Assembly: GCA_046262835.1 (NCBI GenBank)
Contig: JBHELZ010000004.1
Span: 110,336-174,335 of the forward strand
Direction: 5' to 3'
DNA length: 64,000 bases
From: Pyrinomonadaceae bacterium
GTDB lineage: Bacteria; Acidobacteriota; Blastocatellia; Pyrinomonadales; Pyrinomonadaceae
Made by a program: the position numbers and the translations under genes. Shown one piece after another: positions 55,591 through 64,000 of the stretch. Position 1 is the first letter of the stretch. The number at the start of each line of letters is the position of its first letter. The notes under the pieces are model-generated. The model was given only the letters and a program-made list of their open reading frames with translations. It was not told the origin of the DNA and made no database searches.

Positions 55591-57495
55591 TTACTTTACA
55601 ATCACCGGCAGGCGAACCGTAGGCGAGCCGCACAATCCAAACCACGAAACCCCTTCCTGCACCATATCTACCTCAAGTTGATAGTTGCCGCTACGCGTCG
55701 GCGCGTTAATCGTCAGCGAAACTGCGATCGTTTCACCGGGATGAACATCTGTCGTCAAGGGGGCGGTACCATCATCATTGACGACAGGCTTTCCCGCGTC
55801 ATCGAGCCAATGATTGCCGGCGGCAATCTGGAAAGGATCGGCGCTCCAATCACGACCGCGCCAGCTCACCTCGCTCGTATTCTTGATTGATACTTGTACC
55901 GTTGCCTGTTCGCCGGCGGACAACTGAAGCGGGGGATTTGCGACGCTGATCTCTGCGCGAAAGGCCGTTTCCGGAAGCGGGCCGCGCGCCCGTTCGGATC
56001 GCGCTGCGACATAAAGGCTGTAAGGCGGGGTCTCGGCCAGAATATTACAGTTTGAGCAAATGTCTTTGGTTGTGATCACCAGTGCATCGGTTGGTGGCTG
56101 CTCCTCAACCGTCAGATGAACGAAGTTGGATCGCGGAACGCTTTGAAGTGTCGCTTGCCAATAAGCCTGAATATAACCAGGGATGCCGTATGCGTCTGAA
56201 AGATAAATCGGGCGGCGTGCGTCGGCGAGCGCGGCCCTGAAGATTAAGTTTTGATATTCCGCGTCGAATACATGCAAGCGTCGACTTGAATCAGCGCTGG
56301 CCGCATACCGCTGCTGAAACGCTGCGCCCTGAACCAGCGTGGTCACGGCCAAAACGATTAGCAGCACACCTCGTTTCAGATGGCCGGCCAAAAACCAGGC
56401 AGCAGCCTGAGCGGACAGCACCAGCAGGAAAACCGGCACCGGCGAAAGATGGAGCATGTGAAAAGTCTCTTGAGTCAGCGACGCGGGAATGATTGATACT
56501 ACCAGCCCATAACAGATGAACAGCCACCATGGATCGCGATCTTTTCGCAGTACGAGGCACAGGCCGATAACTGCGGACAGTACCGTCGCCAGCAACATCA
56601 ACTCAGTGCCCTGGACATGTGCCATTTGGAAGTAATTCGGATCGCCCTTGATTAGCAACCGCCAGGGATTAATGTTGGCTGCATAGTGACGCAGAAAATC
56701 CCACGTCGACTGAGCGAGTGAGTTCTCTCGTTTCAAATAAGTAATCAGCGAAAATCGCGCCGTGAGTGCGCCCGGGTTTCTCAGATTGAAAACTGCCAGC
56801 GGCACGAGCGTGACGGCGTACACAGCCCACGCCGAAAGCACGCTCTTCCAGCCCGAGCGTCTCACAAAAAAGAGTAGTCCGAGGGCCAGCAACGGCGCCA
56901 GCAATCTTCCGATCGAATAGGTGTAGGTCAACATGGCGAGCGTTAGCGCGAGAGGCACGATTTCGCGCCAGGACCACTTGGATCGGATCGCCACCCGATG
57001 GGCGCAAAGCAGAAACAGCGAAAGCGCCAGCGGATAGATGCTGACTTCAAGAACGACTCGACTTAGCTCGAACAACCAGGGGGTTAGCAGTGCTGAAGCC
57101 ATTACGAACAAGCCGACGACCTGGCGGCCCGTCATGCGGAACGAAAGCAGGCCCAATACCAGCGCAGTCATCAATCCGCCGGCGACACTCAGCAATCTCG
57201 CGGCCAGGATGCCGGGCCCGGTCAAGCGAAAAATCCCAGCGAGGAGATAGATGTAAGTGGGGTTTTTGTACTCGCCGAACGCCCGGAAATAGAGCGGCCA
57301 TGGCTGATGGTATTCATCACGGCCCGTTTGCGAGATGAGGTAAGCATTGTAGGCAATTGATGATTCGTCAATGAAGAAACCGCGCGGGTTTGTGGTGACG
57401 TGACGCCCGTAAACAAACATGCCGCCAAGAATGACTACCGAAAAGGCGACAATCGCAAGCTTGCGATGAAGAAGACTGCGGCTGCGCGTTAGCAT
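55591..57495 (-). CDS. GT-C fold (family 39/83-like) membrane glycosyltransferase with C-terminal NBR1/Ig-like domain
   Basis: 634 aa. The first extracytoplasmic loop carries FIDESS (the DE motif of PMT/ArnT-like enzymes). About 12 TM helices. C-terminal ~100 aa ...IKNTSEVSW...GNHWLDDAGK...PGETIAVSLTINAPTRSGNYQLEVDMVQEGVSWFG... is shared with three other genes in the cluster. Confidence 0.65.
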   Translation of the reverse strand: MLTRSRSLLHRKLAIVAFSVVILGGMFVYGRHVTTNPRGFFIDESSIAYNAYLISQTGRDEYHQPWPLYFRAFGEYKNPTYIYLLAGIFRLTGPGILAARLLSVAGGLMTALVLGLLSFRMTGRQVVGLFVMASALLTPWLFELSRVVLEVSIYPLALSLFLLCAHRVAIRSKWSWREIVPLALTLAMLTYTYSIGRLLAPLLALGLLFFVRRSGWKSVLSAWAVYAVTLVPLAVFNLRNPGALTARFSLITYLKRENSLAQSTWDFLRHYAANINPWRLLIKGDPNYFQMAHVQGTELMLLATVLSAVIGLCLVLRKDRDPWWLFICYGLVVSIIPASLTQETFHMLHLSPVPVFLLVLSAQAAAWFLAGHLKRGVLLIVLAVTTLVQGAAFQQRYAASADSSRRLHVFDAEYQNLIFRAALADARRPIYLSDAYGIPGYIQAYWQATLQSVPRSNFVHLTVEEQPPTDALVITTKDICSNCNILAETPPYSLYVAARSERARGPLPETAFRAEISVANPPLQLSAGEQATVQVSIKNTSEVSWRGRDWSADPFQIAAGNHWLDDAGKPVVNDDGTAPLTTDVHPGETIAVSLTINAPTRSGNYQLEVDMVQEGVSWFGLCGSPTVRLPVIVK

Positions 57496-57597
57496 CGTGA
57501 ATATAACGTTGAGAGGAGGCCTACCTGCCCCGCTTTTCGCCTTAGCCGATTTCGGCGCGGCGTAGGCCGTCGCTGAACATTCGATAGCAGTCGGAGA

Positions 57598-59397
57598 TTA
57601 GTGATCGTCTTCCCGAAACAGATAAATCGATCCGCCGAACACCGCTTCCGGCGTCCGATAGCGGTATTTAGCAAACCGGTTCACGCGCTCAGACTCAGTG
57701 GCCGGACGTCCTTCACTAGTTGAGAATGGCGGCACAGTCGAGCCATTAAGATAACTCGCGCCGATGGCCACGTAACGCGTCTGCTCGTGTGATTCACCAG
57801 CTTCGATCAGTGGCTGAACGCCGTAATGATGCAGGATAATGAAATCTCCCAGGAAGTGGGCCCGGACTCGCGTCTCACCGCGCGCCCGCAGGTAGGCCGC
57901 GAGCGTTGAAATGTCGTCGCCCCATTCGACATTCGAATCCGACAAGTACCACCAATGCGGGTGGCGCGAAGCCAGTTGATTCATGTAGCTCATGTGATTG
58001 GGAAACGCGCGCACCGCCTCGATTCCGATCCAGGACATCAACGCAATAGCGACGAATAATCCCACCCGGGCAAGTCTCCGCGACTTCAGCAAGTGCGCGA
58101 GCAATGCTCCGCCCATTATGAAAAGGAAGGTATACGCCGGGAGATAGTAACGCACGCCTATGTCGATATGGCTGAACAAAACGAAAACCGTATAGACCCA
58201 AAAGGGCACCAGCATCCAGAGATAGCTTCTGTCGCGGTTCGTCCTCACCCGAAACGTGCCCCACGCCACCGCTACCAGCGACAAGGTTAAAAATGGAATC
58301 GTCGTCTTCAGCGTGAACGCAACTGGAAAGTAATACCACCAGCCGGTCCGGCTATACATGCCGAGGAAACCTGCCGGATGTCCCTGCGCGTTGTGCCAAA
58401 TCTGATGCAGGATGCCGAGAACGAAATCGACAGGGACAACATGCGACAGCAGGCCGGTTAGCAGGGTGAGCGTGCCGCTGCCTTTCGGAAATGTCTCCTG
58501 AATCCATTGCACATCCCCCGACGCAAGGGGTCGATGCTGAAAAAAGTATGCGGCGTTAATTGTGACGAGTGAGACAAAGGCCACGATCGCGAGACGAGCG
58601 GAGCCTCTGGTCCAGCTTTTTCCTTGTTTGACCGCTTGCGAGATCTCAAAAGCGAAGTACATCGCGATGACCGGCCCGACCAGCAACATTGAAAACTTCG
58701 TGAGCACCGCCAGGGCCCCTGCGAATCCCAGCCATGCGGCTCGCTTGACCGATCGCTCGAGCACGTATCGTCGCAGCATGAAGAAGAATAAAAGAAAACC
58801 GAAAGCAGCAGGCATGTCCGTTTGCACCACGCGACCATGCGCGAGCACGGTAGGCTCCAGCGCAAAGAGGGTCACCGCCAGCATGGCCGCAAGCCGACCA
58901 AACAAATCGCGGGCAAATCGAAAGATGAGCAACCCCGATGCTACGGCAAGGCCGATCATGCAGACCCGCGGCCAGAACGACAGCGATAAAAACTTGTCGG
59001 GATTGTTCTCCCAGAACCTCTCTTCGTAAGCCCATTTTTCCTCGCCCGATCCCGGCGCAGCTTTGATTTGTTCCGGCAGAATCTCGGCCGGCTGAAGAAA
59101 CAGGAGAGGAAGCGCGGCGATAATTTTTGAGAAAGGCGGGTGCTCGTGAACGAGTTCCGCGTTCCCAGCGGCCACATGGTAGTACCCGGACGGAATCATC
59201 ACGATCTCGTCGACGGTGATGCTCTTGCGTGAAATTACCACGAGCATCTGGACCGCCATCAGAGTTAACGCCAGACCGCATCCGATCTCAGCCGCATGCG
59301 CAAGAATCCATGCGCGCATTACCGTCCAGGCACGCCGCACATCGAACTGAATGTTGCCCTTATCCGCAGCTGAAATCTGATTCAGTGGTTCGCCCAT
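57598..59397 (-). CDS. GT-C fold (family 39/ArnT-like) membrane glycosyltransferase
   Basis: 599 aa. SITVDEIVMIPSGYY (DE motif) after the first TM, then many TM helices. Lacks the shared C-terminal domain. Confidence 0.7.
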   Translation of the reverse strand: MGEPLNQISAADKGNIQFDVRRAWTVMRAWILAHAAEIGCGLALTLMAVQMLVVISRKSITVDEIVMIPSGYYHVAAGNAELVHEHPPFSKIIAALPLLFLQPAEILPEQIKAAPGSGEEKWAYEERFWENNPDKFLSLSFWPRVCMIGLAVASGLLIFRFARDLFGRLAAMLAVTLFALEPTVLAHGRVVQTDMPAAFGFLLFFFMLRRYVLERSVKRAAWLGFAGALAVLTKFSMLLVGPVIAMYFAFEISQAVKQGKSWTRGSARLAIVAFVSLVTINAAYFFQHRPLASGDVQWIQETFPKGSGTLTLLTGLLSHVVPVDFVLGILHQIWHNAQGHPAGFLGMYSRTGWWYYFPVAFTLKTTIPFLTLSLVAVAWGTFRVRTNRDRSYLWMLVPFWVYTVFVLFSHIDIGVRYYLPAYTFLFIMGGALLAHLLKSRRLARVGLFVAIALMSWIGIEAVRAFPNHMSYMNQLASRHPHWWYLSDSNVEWGDDISTLAAYLRARGETRVRAHFLGDFIILHHYGVQPLIEAGESHEQTRYVAIGASYLNGSTVPPFSTSEGRPATESERVNRFAKYRYRTPEAVFGGSIYLFREDDH

Positions 59398-59542
59398 CTA
59401 ACGGAACTTTCGGAAGTATCTAACCTTCAACTGTTGTGCGAAATCCCCCTTCTCTCCTTCTCACCGTGAATATTCGTCAGTAAGCTTGTCGCGGAAGCAT
59501 CCGAGGAGGCGCACGAAATCTCAAATCAGGTCACTAATGAAT

Positions 59543-60679
59543 TTACTTAACCACGATTTGATGCTTCAAAACCTGGGAACCCAGGTCCTCGAACCAGGCC
59601 AGATGTTCGGAGACCATATCAAACTCGAGCGAATAGTTGCCGGCTGAGTCAGGCGCACGCAGGACGATCTCGACCTCCACTGTTTCATTCGGCCGCACGT
59701 CATGCGGTAGAAAAGCGCCCGCGTGATACCAGGAGACTGGTTGGTCGTTTTGGTCGAGCAGATGCGCCACTAAATGGACGTCGCCCTTCTCGGCAACACC
59801 CTCGCTCCCGCGTAGCCAGCGCGCATAACCACTATTGTGAAGACGCACGCGAAAGCGCAACTCATCGTTTGGGTGACACGAGGATGGCCCACTGACCAGA
59901 GCCAGTTTCGATTCCAGGTAGCTAATCGCGCGACTGTCGGGATACGGCGCGCGCTTGCGACATTGAAAAACTGCGCGATCGCTTTGCACGCTGGGAAATA
60001 CTTTCACGTCGTCGAACCCGACATTCCGGAGCAAGGCTGAAAGCGCGGCTGGTCCCGGCAGAAACCAGTTAAAAACGGCTTCCTTCGCGTCGGGTAGGTT
60101 CTCGATATACGCGAGCGGATGAAGTGTTGACTGCGCGCCGCCTTCGGCATAGACGAAGGATTCGGGGGCTTTCTCTGGCGGGTAGATCGCAGTTTCCAAA
60201 ACCAGTAAGTCGCGCGTCAGCAGAAACAACTTTTCGAGCGCCAGCACCAGATGCTTGCAGTGATAGATCAAACCGAGCGCGAGCGTGACATCGAATTGAC
60301 CAAGCTCAAATGGATCGAGATCGTAAACGGACATGCGCCGGTACTGGATCTCCAGCCCGACCATCTGGCGAACAAACATCGCCTGACGAATTAAGTCGCG
60401 CTGTGAATCGATTCCGACAACGCGCGTGGCGCCGCGTCGTTTCATTTCGATTGAATAGAACCCGGCGTTGCAACCGACGTCCAACACGGATTTGCCGGAA
60501 AGATCATCGGGAAGACAGACTCTGACTTTTTCCCAGGTCGGGCGAGGATGCTCGACCGGCTCGCCAATCGCGCTCTTGCTCTTGGTAACCAGGCCGTCAC
60601 CCAGATCAATGCAATGGAACCACGGATCGAGGCGTCGTACTTCTGCGGCGATGTCCGCACGCGTCATCATTTTTTCCAA
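59543..60679 (-). CDS. SAM-dependent methyltransferase (DUF1698/CmoB-like) fused to NBR1/Ig-like domain
   Basis: 378 aa. WFHCIDLGDGLVT, VLDVGCNAGFYS (motif I). C-terminal ...LHNSGYARW...PNETVEVEIVLRAPDSAGNYSLEFDMVSEHLAWFED.... Confidence 0.7.
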   Translation of the reverse strand: MEKMMTRADIAAEVRRLDPWFHCIDLGDGLVTKSKSAIGEPVEHPRPTWEKVRVCLPDDLSGKSVLDVGCNAGFYSIEMKRRGATRVVGIDSQRDLIRQAMFVRQMVGLEIQYRRMSVYDLDPFELGQFDVTLALGLIYHCKHLVLALEKLFLLTRDLLVLETAIYPPEKAPESFVYAEGGAQSTLHPLAYIENLPDAKEAVFNWFLPGPAALSALLRNVGFDDVKVFPSVQSDRAVFQCRKRAPYPDSRAISYLESKLALVSGPSSCHPNDELRFRVRLHNSGYARWLRGSEGVAEKGDVHLVAHLLDQNDQPVSWYHAGAFLPHDVRPNETVEVEIVLRAPDSAGNYSLEFDMVSEHLAWFEDLGSQVLKHQIVVK

Positions 60680-60812
60680 CTCGGATCAGTATTCGGACCG
60701 ATTACGACCGTGACTGGAGCTCAAGCGTCCTCGCTTGCATCGTAACTCAGAGAGCACCGAGACGGTTGCCCTCCAGTCGTTGCGACCCAATCCGCTCCTG
60801 GTACTAACGCGA

Positions 60813-61349
60813 TCACTTTACTATCGTGATCTTTGTCTTTGCGGTGGGCGAACCCTTGTCGCTGAACCAGGCCACCTGTTCCTGAACCAGATCTACTTCC
60901 AGGGTGTAATCGCCGGGTTCTTTTGGCGCCGTTATCAGAAGCGGGACTTCCGTCTCTTCTCCTGGCGCCAGGTCTTTGGGAATTCCGTAACGACCATCCA
61001 TGTTAGTGAGCAGTGAGCCATCTGGCTTGAGCCAGCGATTGCCCGCGGCAAGGTAGAACTTATTATCTGAGCGCGTGTTTATTTGTGCGCCGCGTGACCA
61101 CCACATTACGTCGCTGCCGTTTCTGATTTTAAGGCGAATGGTTTCTTTTTGGCCCGCGCGCAGCTTTGGCGGCACGTCCAGTAAGGTGATGTCGGCTTTG
61201 AATGCGTTATCAGGTAAGGCTGATGGAACGTCGGCCTGCGGGCGAGTCGCGCTCTGAACTTTCGCGGACGGTGGCGGCGCCGGGCGACATCCCCCCAGGC
61301 ACACCAGAACGAAAGCCGAAAAAATGATCGCAAAAATGGTCGTTCTCAT
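60813..61349 (-). CDS. lipoprotein consisting mainly of one NBR1/Ig-like domain
   Basis: ATG 61349 preceded by gggagg. Signal/lipobox FVLVCLGGC. ...IRNGSDVMW...GNRWLKPDGS...PGEETEVPLLITAPKEPGDYTLEVDLVQEQVAWFSD.... Confidence 0.6.
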   Translation of the reverse strand: MRTTIFAIIFSAFVLVCLGGCRPAPPPSAKVQSATRPQADVPSALPDNAFKADITLLDVPPKLRAGQKETIRLKIRNGSDVMWWSRGAQINTRSDNKFYLAAGNRWLKPDGSLLTNMDGRYGIPKDLAPGEETEVPLLITAPKEPGDYTLEVDLVQEQVAWFSDKGSPTAKTKITIVK

Positions 61350-61388
61350 TGTGACTTCGCCTCCCTGGCAAATAAAAGTGTTCAATAC

Positions 61389-63683
61389 TTACTGTACTCG
61401 AATTTTCAGGTTCAGCACCTCTGAACCCCGGTCGCCAAACCAGGCGACGCCTTCTTGTATCGCATCAACTTGAAGAATGTAAATTCCCGGCTCGTTGGGC
61501 GCCGTTATTTGCAAAGGTAATTCGGCTGTGCCGCCGGGCGGCAGGTCATCGAACAGCACTGCGCGTCCATCAAGGTCGTTTAGCTTTTCGCCATTCTGTT
61601 TCAACCACCGATCGCCTACTGTCATCTGAAACTGCCACGTTGCTTGCCGGCCGGGCCAGGTGACATCACTTTCATTCTTAAGGACGACGCGGATCTCATG
61701 CTCCTGTCCGACGTGCAAGATGGACGGAACGCTGACAACAGAGAGTCTCGCCTTGAACGCGCTATCCGCCAAAGCTGTCCCCTTCTCCACGTCGTGTTTG
61801 GTAGACGTATTTTGCGATCCTTTCGGTGAGACTTCGACAAGCAGCAGGTCAAATGTCGAGGAACCCGAAAAATAATGGACTGTCACCGGATGAGGATTTC
61901 CGGCCGCCAAACCGCGCGCGGCAAGCTCGTTTCGCGCTTGTTCGAAATTTTCGCGATCCGCAAAAGTGAACATTCGCTTGGCCTCGTGCGACCGTAGAAC
62001 GTCGGCCGCCTGTTTCCGAGCCAAACTACCGGCGAAATATTCCGGCATGCGGACTCCGACCGCCGGGAGAGTGGGCTTTAGCAAGGCTTCAATCGCTGAA
62101 GTCTTGTACGTGGTTTCGATCCAAACGTCCACGTCTGCGAAAAGCGCGCGATCTTCAGGCGCGAGGTATGCAGCTAACGACCGATCGCGCAGCAGGTTCC
62201 GAGACTCGTTCAGGACCACGGACCTCCGCTGTGCAAAGATAGTCGGGCGCGCACTCCACTCCCAGCGATAGCCACAACTCAGGGCCACGACGGCATGCAC
62301 GAACAACAGGAACGACAGCGGCGCGCAAGTCAAAAACTTCCCCCACAAGCCGAATGCACGGGACCTTCTCCGCGCATAAACCACGAGCCATACCAGAAGA
62401 ATGCCGCTCGTCAATTCGAGGTACAGCGCATAACGAATATAGCCGCTACTGGCGCTCCAGAGAACACCAGCGGATAACGTTATGAATGCCATTTGCCAAA
62501 TCTGGCGGTCGCGACGAGCAAGAACAATCAAAATCGCAGCCGCAACGAATCCTATTGATAACCGTCCAGAATAGAACCCGTACTCGCTCAGGCGCCACGG
62601 CCGAAACAACATAATCACGGGCCACCCCAGCGTCTCGACGATGCCGTACGGCCCCCAACGCGGATCGAAGAGTATGCCTTGCGGCCAATAAGGCGATTTA
62701 AATAACCCGTTGTAGAGCGGAAAAACCGGATTGCCTGTCAAGCGGTAGATGAAGACCGTGAACGGTAAGAGTGGCAAAGCGGATGCCAGCAGGGCAATGG
62801 GCCCAATTTTTAATAGTCGTCGAATTGAGCTTGTGCGATCGCCGGATAAGCCTCTGGCAATGACGTTGAAGATGTAAACCAAAACTATGGGGACCGCAAA
62901 AAGAAGATTCGCTAATTTAAAAGCAGCTGCGGCGCCCAGCAGCAACGCCAACTGGATCGTGCGCCGGGCTATGGTTTCGCCATCCGTCTTCTTGATGGCG
63001 ACGAACGTCGCCTCAAGCAACAACGGCAGGGCGAGCAGATCGACCATGTAATTGTTGATCTGAAATAAAAGCTGTTCGGTCGTCAGCACAAACAGGATTA
63101 CCGCGCAGCGCAGCCATGGAGACCGCACCCAATCTCGCAGTAAGCGATTGACAATCGTTCCGGTCCAAATTAAAGCCAGGTAATTGACGATCGTTCCCAG
63201 TCTGTATCCCAGGGCGTGCCGGTAAAGACCGGTAAGAATATCGGGGGTTGGATTGAACGGTGCGGGCGTTGGGAAAAAATCTCTCGGCAACAGCAATGGA
63301 CCTCGCAACGCGCGTTCGCCATGAAAGATGTGATAGTTCAGGACATCGAACGAGAGATCGGGAAATGGCAGGCGAATTAGATAAAAGAAGAGCAGTACTC
63401 CGGCCACGACAATCCAGAACTGTCGCGGCACTTTTTGTGATTCGGCTTCGGCTAAAGACAGGTAGAAAAGCCAGGCGACACTCGAGGCAGTCAGAGTGAG
63501 AATCCAGGCTACAGGCCGGCCAGGAAGCGCGCAGAAATACTGCCAGAGGATTGCTACGACATACGGAGCGATCACCACTGAGCCAAAATCTAATCGCTTC
63601 AGAAGAAATCCAGGCTGAAAGATGTGCAAACGATCTCGATGGCTATTCATCGGCGGTGCGTGGGGAATGGGCGCGAAACTCAT
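61389..63683 (-). CDS. large polytopic membrane protein (probable GT-C-like glycosyltransferase) with C-terminal NBR1/Ig-like domain
   Basis: 764 aa, at least 12 TM helices. C-terminal ...LKNESDVTW...GDRWLKQNGE...PGGTAELPLQITAPNEPGIYILQVDAIQEGVAWFGD.... An alternative start at ATG 63650 would overlap the upstream stop by 8 nt. Confidence 0.6.
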   Translation of the reverse strand: MSFAPIPHAPPMNSHRDRLHIFQPGFLLKRLDFGSVVIAPYVVAILWQYFCALPGRPVAWILTLTASSVAWLFYLSLAEAESQKVPRQFWIVVAGVLLFFYLIRLPFPDLSFDVLNYHIFHGERALRGPLLLPRDFFPTPAPFNPTPDILTGLYRHALGYRLGTIVNYLALIWTGTIVNRLLRDWVRSPWLRCAVILFVLTTEQLLFQINNYMVDLLALPLLLEATFVAIKKTDGETIARRTIQLALLLGAAAAFKLANLLFAVPIVLVYIFNVIARGLSGDRTSSIRRLLKIGPIALLASALPLLPFTVFIYRLTGNPVFPLYNGLFKSPYWPQGILFDPRWGPYGIVETLGWPVIMLFRPWRLSEYGFYSGRLSIGFVAAAILIVLARRDRQIWQMAFITLSAGVLWSASSGYIRYALYLELTSGILLVWLVVYARRRSRAFGLWGKFLTCAPLSFLLFVHAVVALSCGYRWEWSARPTIFAQRRSVVLNESRNLLRDRSLAAYLAPEDRALFADVDVWIETTYKTSAIEALLKPTLPAVGVRMPEYFAGSLARKQAADVLRSHEAKRMFTFADRENFEQARNELAARGLAAGNPHPVTVHYFSGSSTFDLLLVEVSPKGSQNTSTKHDVEKGTALADSAFKARLSVVSVPSILHVGQEHEIRVVLKNESDVTWPGRQATWQFQMTVGDRWLKQNGEKLNDLDGRAVLFDDLPPGGTAELPLQITAPNEPGIYILQVDAIQEGVAWFGDRGSEVLNLKIRVQ

Positions 63684-64000
63684 CGCCCAAAAGTTGAATT
63701 TGATATTCGAATTCCTGTGAGCGCCGCGCTATCGAATGAAGCACCAGCCCAACCGCCACTGACAGCAAACCGCACAAGAAAAGTGTGAGCGCAAGCAACC
63801 CCAACATTGGCCGCGCCAGCGCGCCGCGCTTGATAAATTCGAGCAGCACTGTTAACCCTGCCAACAGCGCCATAATCAGCAACACGAGTCCGGTCGAACC
63901 GAAAAATGTTAAGGGCTTGTAATCGCGAAACAACGCCAGAATCGTATTCAGGATCAGCACGCCGTCGCGCCAGAATTTGATCTTCGAACGACTGCCTTCA
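63643..64000 (-). CDS. family 2 glycosyltransferase, polyprenyl-phosphate sugar synthase type (C-terminal part, 5' end outside the window)
   Basis: The frame stays open to the window edge. ...SKIKFWRDGVLILNTILALFRDYKPLTFFG followed by two TM helices is the typical C-terminus of DPM1/ArnC/GtrB-like GT2 enzymes. Confidence 0.6.
   Translation of the reverse strand, partial: EGSRSKIKFWRDGVLILNTILALFRDYKPLTFFGSTGLVLLIMALLAGLTVLLEFIKRGALARPMLGLLALTLFLCGLLSVAVGLVLHSIARRSQEFEYQIQLLGDEFRAHSPRTADE

Noticed and set aside
58646-59281. 211-aa and 155-aa alternative-frame ORFs within the ArnT-like glycosyltransferase gene
   Set aside because: The 599-aa frame encodes a coherent multi-TM protein with the DE loop motif. 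The alternatives are Arg/Gly-rich shadows.
1-64000. CRISPR arrays, rRNA, tRNA, transposases, integrases, phage genes
   Set aside because: I scanned for regularly spaced direct repeats, conserved rRNA and tRNA motifs and DDE, tyrosine-recombinase or capsid-like proteins in the ORF list, and found none. The only candidate foreign DNA is the methylase/nuclease cassette, which lacks mobility genes.

Overview
64-kb chromosomal segment of a moderately GC-rich Gram-negative bacterium. The gene content (tricorn protease, GTP-PEPCK, GT-C glycosyltransferases with Ig-like tails, several selenoproteins) is reminiscent of Acidobacteriota, but that taxonomic guess is inference only. I can support about 56 protein-coding genes. 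I found no rRNA, tRNA, CRISPR array, transposase or integrase. Most of the window is housekeeping or metabolism: tricorn protease, Dcp peptidase, pckG, serS, secA, fabG, acyl-CoA metabolism, a PAS/GAF hybrid histidine kinase, and a complete succinylase-branch DAP/lysine cluster (lysC, dapE-like, dapB, dapA, dapD, aminotransferase, asd). Four regions deserve a second look. (1) 46.8-48.9 kb: an AT-rich two-gene cassette sits between dapD and the dapC-like aminotransferase. It encodes a Dam-family m6A methyltransferase and a 382-aa protein with a PUA/EVE-like N-terminus and a NucS-like PD-(D/E)XK C-terminus, so it is a restriction-modification-like or novel defence module. (2) 12.4-17.0 kb: a minus-strand metal-handling island. 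The first gene of its operon is an outer-membrane barrel with an N-terminal HMA domain in which the second metal-binding Cys is an in-frame UGA (C-G-N-U, candidate selenocysteine). The island also carries a TlpA-cupredoxin fusion, a His-tailed permease and a secreted 12-Cys metallothionein-like peptide. (3) 17.2-20.8 kb: two more UGA-recoded genes lie next to a PerR / 2-Cys Prx / thioredoxin-like locus: a PrdB/GrdB-like selenoprotein B and a peroxiredoxin with U at the peroxidatic position. The supplied ORF track splits or truncates all three selenoprotein genes. (4) 55.6-64.0 kb: a glycosylation cluster (GT2, three GT-C-like membrane proteins, a methyltransferase and a lipoprotein) in which four genes end in the same ~100-aa NBR1/Ig-like domain. 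All family calls come from motif recognition by eye. No database search was run.
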